From NCBI GenBank assembly GCA_907165135.1, contig OU015567.1, positions 5,270,001 to 5,334,000 on the forward strand: DNA of 64,000 nt, given 5' to 3'. Positions 35,301-47,856 of this stretch are shown here, piece after piece. Below the pieces are notes generated by a model. The model was not told the origin of the DNA. It searched no databases and saw nothing but the letters and a program-made list of their open reading frames with translations. The position numbers and the translations under genes were made by a program. Within the stretch, counting starts at the first letter, position 1; every line of letters begins with the position of its first letter. This DNA is from Oikopleura dioica. Taxonomy: Eukaryota > Animalia > Chordata.

Positions 35301-38300
35301 CGACCTTCAACGCTTTCAAAAGAGAGTCAAAATCGAATTGCGATCCTGCGCGAGGTCGTTGACACGGAGCAAAATTACGTCAAGTACTTGAGAATCCTCC
35401 TAGATAGATTTATCAAGCCGCTCAAGAGACAAAGACTGTGTACTCAGCAGGAGATTTCGCAGATTTTTTGCAACATTGATGAAATTTACACAGGCAAGAA
35501 ATTCCCTCCCTCTCTCCCCCTGAGTTGCTAATTTGTTCAGCTGAGTGAGCTGAGCTTGCAGAGTGAGCTGAGCAGTCGAGTGATTTTCGAAAATGATCTG
35601 ATCTGCTCAGCTCAGACAATTATCACTCAGCTCAGCTCAGCTCAGCTCTAATTAGGGTCTGCTTAGCTCAGCTCAGCTCAACTTCCTAAAAAAATGATCT
35701 GCTCAGCTCAGCTCGATTAATTTCGAACATGATCAGTTCTGTTCAGCTCAGACAAGTATCACTCAGCTCAGCTCAGCTCAGCTAGGCTCTCATTAGGGTC
35801 TGCTCAGCTCAGCTCAGCTCAAACTCCTAAAAAAGATCTGCTCAGCTCAGCTCAACTGTTTTCGAACATGATCAGTTCTGCTCAGCTCAGCTCAGACAAG
35901 TATCACTCAGCTCAGCTCAGCTCTAATGAGGGTCTGCTCAGCTCAGCTCAACTTCCTAAAAAAAAGATCTGCTCAGCTCGGCTCAGCTCAATGACCTCTG
36001 AAAAAGGGCAGCTCAGCTGAGATAATTTCTCACGCAGATCAGCTCAGCTCAGCGAAAATATAGCAAAATTTGCAACTCTACTCTCCCCTTTTTTTATATT
36101 TTGTTTTTTTTTCAGAACACAGTGGTTTCGTCAAGAAGCTCGAAGAAATACAGTCATTCATCGAGCATCAAGATAATGCCTCGATCGGAGACGTAATCTA
36201 CTCCTTCGCGCAACGAACGAGTCTTCATCAAGGAACTTGGCCTTTTCTGATTAAAAAAAACTCCTGAAAATATTGAATAGCCGGGCACAAGCGTACATAA
36301 AGTTCATGACGAACTATGCTTCCAACGAAAGTGGCTGGAAAGATGTTGCTTCGAGACAAGCTGTTGATGATTTTCTCACGGAGGAATACGCGAATCTCAG
36401 TCGGGAAACGCCGCCAATGAAGCAGAGGGTGGAGGATATGCTAGGAACGATTCGGGATCGATTCTACAAGTACAAGATGTTCACCGAGCGGCTCGTCAAG
36501 GAACAGATTTTGAAAAACCCATTGACCAATCAAAAGCGCTTACAGAACATTTCGACCAATAAAATGGCGCCATTCAAAAATCTCTTAAAAGGACACGCCA
36601 GAGTATCACGACGACCACAAGGAAATTCTCAAGGCCGAACGCGAAATCGGTGTTATCCTGACCCGTCTCGATCGCGAAGTAAAAATCGCCCAGAAAACTG
36701 CACGAAATCTCATCCTTGTTTCCCTGATCGAAAAGGCATTCGAAGATGACTTTTCGACATCTGGAATCAACGTAATTCTGGCTCGTAGAGCTTCGTGAAA
36801 ATCCAATTTTAGGAAGAAACGAGAAATTTGAAGTACTTGTGCTACGATCCAATTACGATTCAAACTTCGAAAAATAAGGGGGTTTACTACTTGTGGCTTT
36901 TCAATAATATGCTCGTGATATCTCAGGTTTATGAACCATAAAATGCTAATTCTCATTTTAATTTAGATGTCAACAAAGCAGTCAAAGCTTAAAGTTCCTC
37001 CAGAAGTTCAACAAGAGTTCCCAGAAGTCGATTTGTCGCACAAATATAAGGGCAATAATTATTTTCTCCTACAAGGTATGAGTTAGTATAATTTACGTTC
37101 TCGGAAAAGAGAATTTATGAGGATTCTGATACTGATGGTATTTAGTTTCTGAATATCATTTTGTCGATTCATGTCAATTTCGCATTCAGCATATTTTCCC
37201 TTCTGAATTTGATTTATGGTGTTCAGATACCTCCCTAAAAGAAGCCTCCCAATCCCAAGATACCGACGATAAACTCGACCGAGCTCGAAAAGAAATAGAA
37301 ATCCTCGACAATGCCATCGACATACTTGACAAAGCGACCCGCTCAGAAATCCTCAACAAACGACTGGAACTCGAAAAATTGAAAAAAGACTTGGACAAGG
37401 AATTCCGCGATCTTTCGATACAGCACAATACTTCACTGGAGATTGAAGGTAAGGAATTGACGATAAGGTACTGATAAATAATCCCAGTAAGAGCTAATAA
37501 GCTCCCAGATTAGGGGGTATTTGAGAAGACGGCTGATAAAGTCAATCAAATTGGAACTTTTATTGATAGATTTTTTGTCACATGACTTGGTGGAGGAACT
37601 ACGTCCTTAAGCGGCTAGTGCTTAATTTTATCAGCTCCGAGAAAAAATTTATTTCCTCGATCTTTCCAAAGCCAGTTATATTTATGGTCTTTAGTGAACA
37701 CCGCGACAAACGGCCTGGAAACTATCCCGATCGAATTCCAATCCCTCGATCCTCAAAAACGCTACGACTTTAAAAAGCTCTTCGACGCAGCCAAGAAAGA
37801 ATCCATCGGTTGCCGCAGCGCTGGGCCAAGGATGAGCCACTGTCTTCCGCTGCAAAAGTCGAGGAATGGTCAAGACCCGAGCGCGGCAATTTCGGTGAAT
37901 GGAAAGCTCTGGGTGCTCTCGACTTCGGAAAGACAGAATAGTCAGATTTGCATTTTGAATGAATCCAAAGAAAGTTCGCCGCATTACGAGGTAAAAAAAT
38001 GAAATCAAGGAAGAGTCTTCATTATTTCTAGATTTGCGATGCTCAAGTCAACACAATGTGTCACGTGACTTCATCGAGCCGGGTCCGCGACCGTCGATTC
38101 CGAGAGCTAGAAAGCCGGGCGTACAGAGACGACTCGGATTCGGACGAAAGTGATTGCGGAATTCCACTTTCCCTCGCTGGCGGGGGACAGTTTGTTCCAG
38201 ACGATTGCGTGTGGCTCGGAACGGACGATAATCGAGTCCTGATCTTTGAAACGGAAGAAGATGCGAAAAAGAAGACGCCGCGAGCGACGATTAAACTCGA

Positions 38301-39692
38301 TGCTCCTGTACTCTGCATTTTGGTTCACGAGGAGCACGTGATCATTTCCATTGGAACGACGGATAGTTCCGCCGCTCTCTGCATCTTTAGCCGTGTTTCT
38401 GCTGGTTGGAAGATTGATGAATGGAGGACGCTTTCCGTGGCGAAGGATCTTTGCGATGGGGAGAGGAAAGAGGAGTTTTTGAATATGCTCTATTCGGGTT
38501 TTAGCAAGATGATCATCGTTGAAGGTACAAAAAGCTATTTTGATGGCCCAATCAATCATGATGGGCCCTCTTGGCGGGATATTGTTAATTTATAATTAAA
38601 TTCAAACTTTATTATTCATTTTTTTTATAAAAAACGAAAAGAAAAAAATTATTTATGGTTTTTGTTGAAGAAATATTTTAGGAGTGGACGGCTTCAAAAA
38701 TGAAATCTGGGCTGCATCTGGCCCTTTCATTTTTATCCTGGACAGCGAGAACAATTACAAAATCCGGAAGGTATTCGATGCGAAGAAGAGCGAGACGCCC
38801 GGAAGCAGGCCACTTCAGGTAACTGTCCGCTGGGGGAATATCGTGTCGCCAATCCGTTTGTCTTCAGATCACGGCGATGGCATCCAGCCACGGCACTGTG
38901 TACATTGCTGTCGACGAAAAGTGCAAACTGTTCGTTCTCGAAGCTGGAACTCGCGCAGCTGTGAGTTTTTACTGCTCATTTCGGGCAATGAAAGGATTAT
39001 TTTTAGCTCGATCCAATTGACCTAGATAGTCACGTGAATAGACAATTAAACGCCTTTTCCACCGGCAAAGACGATATAATCAGGCAACACAAGAAAAATA
39101 GACTCAGGATTATGTGCTTATTGATGACGCAGAATTATCTTTGGGTGGGAACTTCTGCTGGAGTTGTCCTAAACATCGGTAAGTTAAAAAAACTTCAGGG
39201 TCAAATTGATGGATTTGTTTCAGAAATTCATGCTGGAAGAGCTGCGACTCATAATAATCAACAATTGATTCAAGCACTTTCGCATGGGCATACAGGAAGA
39301 GTTTTGGTTCTAGCGGCGCTGGAAGTTGACAAGTCAAAGATGAGAATGACTCATGAAAATAGAAGGCGGATGAGTGCGACGGCGACGCAAAAGAAGGTTT
39401 ATTTGGTCTCGGCTGGAGAAGGGTAAGTTCATACCCCGGCTGGTAGTTTGAAATGATTAGTCCTTGTAATTAGTCCTATGACTATGCCTAACACCTTAAA
39501 TAATCGTCTTATTTCACATCTTGAAATGCCGATTTACAAAGTAAAACATAGTATAAATACACAGCATTACAACCTCCTCTTATGGTTTTTCCAAAGATGA
39601 TTTCTAGACTCGAAAACTTCACCCAAAACTCCTGCGATGCAATTGGTAAACACGATGCAACTCAACACCTAATCTACTGGAGATGTCGATAG
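32321..39692 (+). CDS. ARHGEF17: Rho guanine nucleotide exchange factor, ARHGEF17/ARHGEF10-like
   Basis: DH domain (ILREVVDTEQNYVKYL; RLVKDTPEYHDDH), coiled coil, and a beta-propeller tail with VWLGTDD, LWVGTSAGVVL, HGHTGRV and GLENFTQ...KHDATQHLIYW*. Confidence 0.88.
32666..33058. mobile_element. Foldback MITE containing the TAAGGGT(G/A)TCACTA motif (family E)
   Basis: Arms at about 32666-32835 and 32890-33058 are imperfect reverse complements. A related inverted pair lies at 26340-26540, and motif remnants at about 7036, 9586, 11400, 12060 and 63238. Confidence 0.7.
35520..36080. mobile_element. hAT-like (GAGCT)n MITE in an ARHGEF17 intron
   Basis: Perfect 8-bp TSD CTCTCCCC (35512-19 and 36081-88); termini CTGAGTTGC / GCAACTCTA; internal tandem sub-repeats. 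Confidence 0.88.
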
Positions 39693-39870
39693 TAGACCCC
39701 TTCTTTTCTCATCTTCAACCGAATTCCACTGTATCTTTTTGTAAATTTTGTATTCAACAAAACCTTTGCCTTATTAATGATTGTAATTGCTTTTATTTTT
39801 TACGCCTTGCTTCTTCAAAGTTTGAATAAAAGAGCTTGTAAATAACGATTTATTTGTGGTAACTTTGTGC

Positions 39871-41115
39871 TTAGCAGTTGAACCAGGCAACTTCCTTGAC
39901 GGGAGAATCTCGAGACGGGCGCCAGTAGTAAGCTTCGTTTTTGTTTTCTAGTGGGAGATAGGATGAAGAAAGGGGATTGTTAGGCTGACCTTTGTCTGGA
40001 AAGTATGGAACTCCGTCGCATTCCAAGTAAAGGGGCATTCCTTTGAGTGGATTTTCGGTTGGAGCTTCGCCTGAAAAGAGATAAAATCTGCCATTTTGAG
40101 GGAGAAAAACCTTCGATTGAAACAACAGTCCCATCCAAATCGGAAAACTCGAAGTCCTTGACCGGAACTCGAGTCGTAACTGGATGCTTTCCATGCTTGT
40201 TTAGCTTCTTTTGGGCCTTTTTCGCCTTCTTTCCAGCTTTCTTTTCGTTTTTCTCGGCTTTTTTCTTCGACTTTTTCAACGCTTTTGCAGGATTTTTAGG
40301 AGCTCCGCCTTTTCTGGCGCCAAGCCCAGCTTCCGATCTGAAAAAACAGCTCAAAAAACGATTCTAGCGGCGAAATTACCGCGCTGCTTTATTCTTCTTC
40401 TTTTCCTCTTTTTTCTGTTTTTTCAAGTCGATCTGGCAGTTGATCTCTGCATTGTTGAAAGCATGTGTGAGCGCAAATTTGTAGTCCAGCTGAGCTTTGA
40501 GTTCTTTTCTCAAAATGTCTTCGGAGCATTTTGCTGATGATCCAGTTCCAAGAGGAACGCAGGAGATCGAAAGCTTGGCGTTTGTCACTTCGAATTCATC
40601 GGTCTTATGGTCTCTAGAATTTTGAAATGATAATTAATCAAACAAGAGGGGCGACCTTGTTCATCCTCTTACTTCCTGCATGTGTAACCTTGTTCATTCC
40701 ACCTACGCAGTAGCTTTGATGAACAAGGCCACACATGCACAAAACCAAGGAGGAACAAAGTCACGCCCTTATATTACCTGTCGATCCATTTCTCTGCGAC
40801 GAGTGTTTCAATCCCGGCCATGCCAGTTCCATCAGCTTTGCCGCCCTGTTCCGGTTTACATTGAATCACATTGAAATTTGGCTCTGTCATCGAGTCCTCA
40901 CATCCAAGGAGAAATTCTCTCCCACCATCTTTGTTCTTGCTGTTTCTGACGATGGTCACATCATCCGCAAGAGCAAAAAGCACTGGAATATGCTCATCAA
41001 CACAAGTCAAGTCGCCGAAGGAGAAGGGAGGGACTTTCTCTTTCTTGTGCTTGTTTTTGTGCGCTTTTCCGGCCGCTGCAATACTGGCCAAAGCCAAGTG
41101 AGAAAAAAGCTTCAT
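39871..41115 (-). CDS. Secreted Lys-rich protein, long copy
   Basis: Signal MKLFSHLALASIAAA; Cys-containing domain; KKSKKKAEKNEKKAGKKAKK tract; C-terminal YLECDG...YYWRP...WFNC*; GT-AG introns keep the frame. Confidence 0.8.
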
Positions 41116-41370
41116 TCTTGAATCTCTCTTTTTGGGCTTCTTGACGTCCGATTTCGTGAACGGATTAAACGGATAATGAATAAACAACGATGTCGGAACA
41201 TGAAAATAATGCTGATTATCGTCTTATCGGAAAGGGGAATTAGAACCAGGACAAATAATAAAGTTTTTTATAACGAAAATAAAACCATTCTTTCCATAAA
41301 AAGCGATGGCAGTTTTGATGAGTCAAAAAGTCAGAACTTGAGCTTGAGTTTTGTCTCAGAGAGAAATAAA

Positions 41371-41530
41371 ATGACAAATTTCATATTTTTCTTTCTCTGC
41401 AGTTTCGCGTTAGCTACGAATGTAAGCTTTCTTAAATCGATATTACTCATCAAATTTTAGACAATATGCAGCAAAAATTTTTCATGCTCCAAATTTATCA
41501 ATGACCAGAAAAAAGTCAAAAACTGATTTC
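41371..41530 (+). pseudogene. Truncated 5' duplicate of the gene at 43143
   Basis: MTNFIFFFLCSFALATN, GTAAGC intron, then TICSKNFSCSKF parallel 43143-43270; homology then ends and a stop follows. Confidence 0.7.
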
Positions 41531-42128
41531 GGATGATAAACGCTAAACTATTTAGCCTAAATATTGTTTTTTCTGTTTGCTTTCCAGATGAAGATCATAT
41601 TTGATCATAAGAATGAAAAAAAAATATTTTATAACACTAATTTCGAGATAAACTTATCGGCCCGCTGCCGGGAAAAAGCTCGGGTACCGGTCAAAGGACG
41701 CCATATATGGAGTACCTCCTGTTATTACCCGGCGCCATATATGGCGCGTTGAGTTTTCGCGAGAATAAGGCTCCGCCAACTTTTTGGTCAGTCTGAAGCG
41801 GGTTAAAACCTCCTCCATTCGAAAGGCAAACGAAAAAAACTCTTCAAAGTGAATTTCAAATAAAATTTTTTTCTTCAACTTTCGGAGCTTAATGCGATTG
41901 AATGACCACTGATCCAAAATTGGAGTACCTTGACCGGCTAAGGTTAAGATGTCGATATCAGACCCCTTGCCTTCCACTGTATCCTTTTTTGTAAATTTTG
42001 TATTAAACAAAACTTTTGCCTTATAATTTATAAATGATCGTTGTTGCTTTTGTATTTTTACGCCTTCAAACTTCGTACTTCAAAGTTTCAATAGAAGAGC
42101 TTGTAAATACTGATTTATTATTTCTTGC

Positions 42129-42863
42129 TTAGCAGTTGAACAAGGCAACTTCTTTGACGGGAGAATCTCGGGAAGGACGCCAGTAGTATGCTTCGTTCTT
42201 GTTCTCTAGAGAGAGATAGGATCTAGGAAAGAGATATTGGCTAACCTTTGTCTGGGAAGTATGGTACTCCGTCGCATTCCAAGTAAAGAGGCATCCCTTT
42301 GAGTGGATTTTCGGTTGGAGTTTCGCCTGAAAAGAGATTAAATCTGTCATTTTGAGGGAGAATTACCTTCGATTGAGACAACATTCCCATCCAAATCGGA
42401 AAACTCGAAGTCCTTGACTGGAACTCGAGTCGTAACTGGATGCTTTCCATGCTTGTTCTGCTTCTTTTGGGCCTTTTTAACCTTCTTTCCAGCTTTCTTG
42501 TCGTTCTTCTCGGCCTTTTTCTTCGACTTCTTCAACGCTTTTTTGGGATTTTTAGAAGCTCCGCCATTTCTAGCGCCAAGTCCAGCTTCAGATCTAAAAA
42601 AATGATCAAAAGCGATTTTAGCGAGAAAATTACCGAGCTGCTTTGCTTTTCTTCTCTTCCGCCTTCTTTTGTTTCTTATAGTTAATTCGGCAGTTGATTT
42701 CTGCGTTGTTGGAAGTACGCCTCACCAGAATTCTGTAGTCGAGCTGAGCTATGAGTTCCTTTACCAAAACGACTTCGGAGCATTTTTCCGATGATCCAAG
42801 AGGATTGTGCGCTTTTCCAGCTGCTGCAATACTGGCCAGAGCCAGGTGAGAAAAAAGCTTCAT
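42129..42863 (-). CDS. Secreted Lys-rich protein, short copy lacking the first Cys domain
   Basis: Same signal peptide and C-terminus as 39871-41115, but GKAH joins directly to NPLGSSEKCSE in frame. Confidence 0.8.
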
Positions 42864-43142
42864 TCTTGAATCTCTCTTTTTGGGCCTCTTGACGTCCGAT
42901 TTCGTGAACGCTCAATGCTTCAAGTTGAAGCCTTCAACGATGTCGGAACATGAAAATTATGCTGATTATCGTCTTATCGGAGAGGGGAATTAGAACAAGA
43001 ACAAATAAGTTTTTACTACGAAAAAAGCATATTTCTATACAGAGAATTATTCTAGCAATGGGATTTTTGATGAGTCAAAAAGTGAAAACTTGAGCTTGAG
43101 TACAAAGATCAAGTTTAGTCTGAGACTCAGAGAGGAAAACAG

Positions 43143-44801
43143 ATGACCAAAATAATAGCTTTCTTTCTCGCCAGTTTTGCATTAGCTTCAAATGTAAGCT
43201 TTTTTCGATTGATCTTACTTATCAAATTTTAGACAATTTGCAGCAAAAATTTTTCATGCTCGAAATTTTGCTCGACCGGACATGGACTGAAAATCGCAGA
43301 AAGGGGCAAAATTTGCAGAGAAACTGCTGAAATGGACTTTGAAATTTGCACGATCGGTTGTGACTCTTTTTCTTGCGTTTCAAAGTGTAGAGATGAATTG
43401 GCTCATAGTTTGGAGACCTGCCCTTGTTCCCAAAAAGACCAGTTTGGTTCTGAAAATGAGGTCTTTCAGCGAGAGGATTGGCAAAATTTGATGAACGCAT
43501 TTCGAGACGACTTGAAATCGGAAAAAGAAAACCGAGAAGCAGCGGAGAGAGAGCTTGATGAATGTGTCCGGAATTGGAATTCTTCGAACTTTGAGCTTTA
43601 CCAACTCAAAAAGTCCTTGTTCGAACAAAATGCGAATCTATCAACTCTCATCGAAAAAAATGACGCTCTTCGGAAAGAGGAAGAAAGGTTGAAAACAAGA
43701 AGTTATCGACTTTGGCAAAAACTCGATAATCAAACTTCTTTTCTTCAAGACTGTCAGGATGGCTATTCTCTCGCTACAACCGAAAACCGGGCATTGGAGG
43801 AAGAAATTGACGCAATCAAAGCGAATTTGACAGATCTTCAGGAGAAATACCAAGTTGTCAAATCAGAGGAAGAAAGGCTAAAAACAAGGAGCTATCGTTT
43901 ATGGAAAAAACTCGATGAACAAACTGACGGTCAGTTCTTCCTCTATCTCATGATGATCCTTATTTAGATTTGGCAAAACTGGAGGTCATAAGGGAAGTTT
44001 ATGTCAATCTTACCTCAGAAAACGAACATCTGACTGAGCTCAATGAAAATCTGACTGAAATCAACAACGATCTGCAAAAAAATCTGTCCCTCCAACTGTC
44101 TGAAATCGACCTTTTCCGACTAGAAAACAAAAATTTAACGGAGCAAAATGAAGAGCTAGCTCAAAATGTTTCTATTATCGAAGCGCTCAAGAACGAAACA
44201 GAACTCCTCCGAGCAGAAGTTGAAAAAGTCAAGGAAAATCTCAAAAAAGTCCGCGCTGAAAAAGATGCCCAAAAATGCGAAGTGCTGGAACGATCTTCAA
44301 AGCCTCAAGTTCTTTCCATGAGTAGCAGAGAAGGCAACGGGCACTATCTCGACTACTGGGACTATCGGAGCAACATGTCTTATCAGCAGAAAGACAAAGT
44401 TCTTGAGCTCATTTCCCTTGGAGTCAAAAAGGTTAATATGAAGGTATATTTCCCTAACCGCCAAGAAAGGATTCATTTTGAAAGTTCATGAATTCGGATC
44501 ACTGGGAAATAGCGAATCATGGTTGGAAGATGAACTTTCATCGTGGCGGCTTTGGCAGACGAAAGACCTTCTATTTCTTCCTTGAGAAGAGTTACGGTAG
44601 GGCAGATTCTTCCAAGCTCTTTCGACATTTTTAGGTTCTACCCCTAGCTTTTACTGCGTAGCCCAGCATATCAACGACGACAACAAAGTGTTCAAAACTG
44701 ACCGAGTTCACAGCTGGGCCGAAGATGGCAAGCAGTTCATTAGTTTCAAGAAAGATAGCCGTTGGGATAAATCAGATATTCGCCTGAATTTGACTCTTTG
44801 A
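43143..44801 (+). CDS. Secreted Cys-rich plus coiled-coil protein with an aromatic-rich C-terminal domain
   Basis: Signal MTKIIAFFLASFALAS; CTIGCDSFSCVSKC...TCPC motif; coiled coil with EEERLKTRSYRLW twice; the last exons end RLNLTL*. Confidence 0.7.
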
Positions 44802-44857
44802 GACACGAGCTAAATATATTTAAACTTTTATTGGTTGTGATAAAAAAGGCAGGTTGG

Positions 44858-47856
44858 CTAAAAATTCTCTTGTTGATTTCCTTCTGCAGGTCGATAATTC
44901 TGTCCACCGATCCGAGCTCCACAGAAACAGTTCGCCTCGACGACTTTGAAATGTCAAAAAAAGAAGAAAAAGAGAAACAAAGTTAAAGTTTTCGACATTT
45001 TCCTACATTGCCGCAGTTTGCAACAAAATAAGGGTGGCCATTCGGGCAAGTGTACCAATGTCCTTGTCGCATTCCAGTCGCCTGTCTAGATTAAATCTAG
45101 TTTCGATCGTTACAGGAAAAGCTTACTGTAATACACCAGCAAGATCAGAAATCTCCTGTCGTGTAACAGGCTCAAAAGCTTTCGCTCGTTTCTGCTCACT
45201 TTCAAGCTGAGCATTCACACGGTCTTGATCTGCCTTGCGCTTTCCTCGAATTTCATCAGCTCGATCTCCAATCAACTGCTTTTCGAATTCCAATAGAAGT
45301 TGTTTCACTCATCATGGTCAGAAATTTTTTCAAACAAAATCTGCCTTTATAATTTTTGACGTTTCCTAATTGCTTTGTCTGGTCGGTATATTTTTCTTCT
45401 AGAGAAGTCGAAAAAGCGTAAAAATTTCCAAAAAGTTCAATCTTTCAAACGCTCATTTATGATTTCCTCGTTTAGATTCGTTTTTATAGAGCTTTTCCTT
45501 CAATAAAATATCTTCAATCGCATTCGTGTGAATCTCGCCAAGAACTCGAATCTCTCGACTTGCAAATTTGACGATGATCTCTTCCAGTGTTTGCAGAAAT
45601 ACTAGAATATCATCCTCGTACTCCAAATGTTCTCTTTCCAGTTCCCTCGAACGAATGTCTTCCAGCGACTTGTCGACCCTCTCCAAGTAGTCCAGCTGCA
45701 ACAAGATGATTCTAGCATCACTCGGTTGCAATTTTGTTCCGTTCACTCGTGCATAAATGCTGTCTTCATCAAGCTCAGTCGTGGCGAAAAACCTCTGCCG
45801 CTTGAGCTTCTCGAGAATCGACTGTTTCACTTCCTCGAAATTGACAGTCTTGGCCATTTCTTCCCTGTACTTGGCTTTGATATTCCCGTATTTTTTGTTC
45901 CAAGCGTTGAATTCTTTGTTGTACCGGAGGCAGCTGAGCATCGGGGTTTTGCATTTCGGGCAAGAGATCGCCTAGAAATGGGGATTATCCAACTTTTATC
46001 AAAGTTGGGTGTTTTCACCTTGAATTCACCAGTTCTGCATTCGTCCATAGTCGCTCGAACGTAATTGTCAAGAGCTTCAACTTCGATTCGATGACCACAG
46101 TCGGGGATGAAGACGTAATGAGATTCACCATCGTACTCTGAGATAAAAAAGAATGAAGAAAGAGAATAAGCACCCTTTCCTACCTTCTGAAATCATGATC
46201 GGATCGTAGAACATCTCCGAAACCTCCCTATTGCACCTCGCGCAGGATGCAGGAGAGTGCAGTTCCGCACAATCCGTATCATGCTGAACCAGCTCACATT
46301 TGTGCCCACAGCTTCTTCTTGCTTGGCAAGGAATCGACAGTCGTTGATGATTGCAATCTCCACTTGAGCAGACCTTTTTGCAGCCGCGTTCAGGGCATTG
46401 TTCCATGCACGGAACGCATTCTTCCCAGCAAGGATGGTCGCATTTCGAATGAGAGCAGCGCTTCGAACATTTTTGATCGCAAGGTGGGCAGACTTCGTGA
46501 CAGGGTTCTTGGCAAATGTGACCGCACATGAGCGTTCGACCGCATTTTTGAGAGCATTTTTCATGGAGCAAACCTTATTAACCGCGTTTGGGGCCGGTTT
46601 CCAACTCATCCATTACCTTTATTGCAAGTTCCGCAAGTTCCCCCGCAAGGATGCCCGCAGCTCAGGGTCTCTGCGCATTCCATAGTGCAGGATCCGCCAC
46701 AGGTTCCCGCATACATGGCTCCGCACTCGCGGCAGGGGTAGATTCCTGGTTCCACACAAGGTCCGCATTTTTCCGAGCAACGGTTTCGGCACTCGTGGCC
46801 GCAGGGCAGGTCGAGGGCGCAATCTTGGAAGCAGGTCTTCAGTGGGTTAAGGGTTCATTCGCTTTTTCAACGCTCAGAATGATCAAAAAACCCTTTCCTG
46901 ATTTTGGATATCTCCAGCAAAACCATAAGTTACATGTCCACAGTTGAGTTGAATCTGGTGCATCTGGCAGTTGCAAGGAGGACAGCTATTGTTGCATTCG
47001 CCACATTTTAGTTTGCAGGTTGATTTTCCGCAGTGACGGCAAGGTCGAGTGCAGGGTTTTTCGCATTTTCGGGAGTGCTGGGTATGATCGCCGCATTGGT
47101 TAGAGCATTGATGGCCGCAGGCGAGTTTTACATCGCATTTTCTAGTGCAGAAGCCAAGCTTAAATCATTCTAGTTAGGGGACATCTGGCTCCCTTTGAGC
47201 AAATACTTACAGAAGCACATTGATTTGTCCTCTTCCTACAGTTTCTGCAATCAAACAGCGTCGCATGGTCGCATAAACAATCCTCTGAGCATGGCCGGTT
47301 ACAAGCATGTCCGCAAATGAGCTCTTTTCCACATCGATCAGCACAGTGAGTTTCTTCAACCGGTTCGTAGCAGAGAGTCGTCTGCTTGTGGCCACAGGGC
47401 AGCATCTTTTGGATTGTATTGAAGCAGCGGTCGCAGGCGTCGGAGCAGAGTTTTTGGCAAGATTGCATTCCGCATCCAGAGCATTTTTGCTTGCATTCTA
47501 GTTTTACGTTTGATTCGGGTACAAAGATGGAAACTTACGCTCCATGCAGAGAGGATATTCATGGGTGAAATTCGGCGGATGATTTGGATAGGGACACTTG
47601 TGGCCACACATTAGCGCTCTAGAATTTCGAGTCAAAAAATGCCCTCTTGTTCACCCTCTAACTTCCCGCATGTATCCCCTTATTCAGCCAAGTAGAATAC
47701 TTTTTTTCGTGTTCTGCCTTTCATGGGTAAGGCTACGTGGCCTAAGGAAGAACAAGGGGATACCTGCAGGAAGTCAGAAGATAAACAAGAGGACCCGTTT
47801 TTAAAAATAACGACTTACCCTGAACAAGGCTGCTCAAATCCCATTCCAATTATCAT
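44858..47856 (-). CDS. ZNFX1-like protein: NF-X1-type zinc-finger array, RING-like domain, helical region and RZ finger; no helicase
   Basis: Repeated CGHxC...C units; SCARC...IPDCGHRIEVEALDNYV...SCPKCKTP..LRY; C-terminal GHWYTCPNGHPYFVANCG...ANCFCGARIGGQNY; stop at 44858-60, AATAAA at about 44826-31. Confidence 0.85.

Noticed and set aside
46193-46947. Ala-rich alternative-frame ORFs in the ZNFX1-like gene
   Set aside because: Frame-shifted or antisense readings of Cys-rich TGC/GCA codons.
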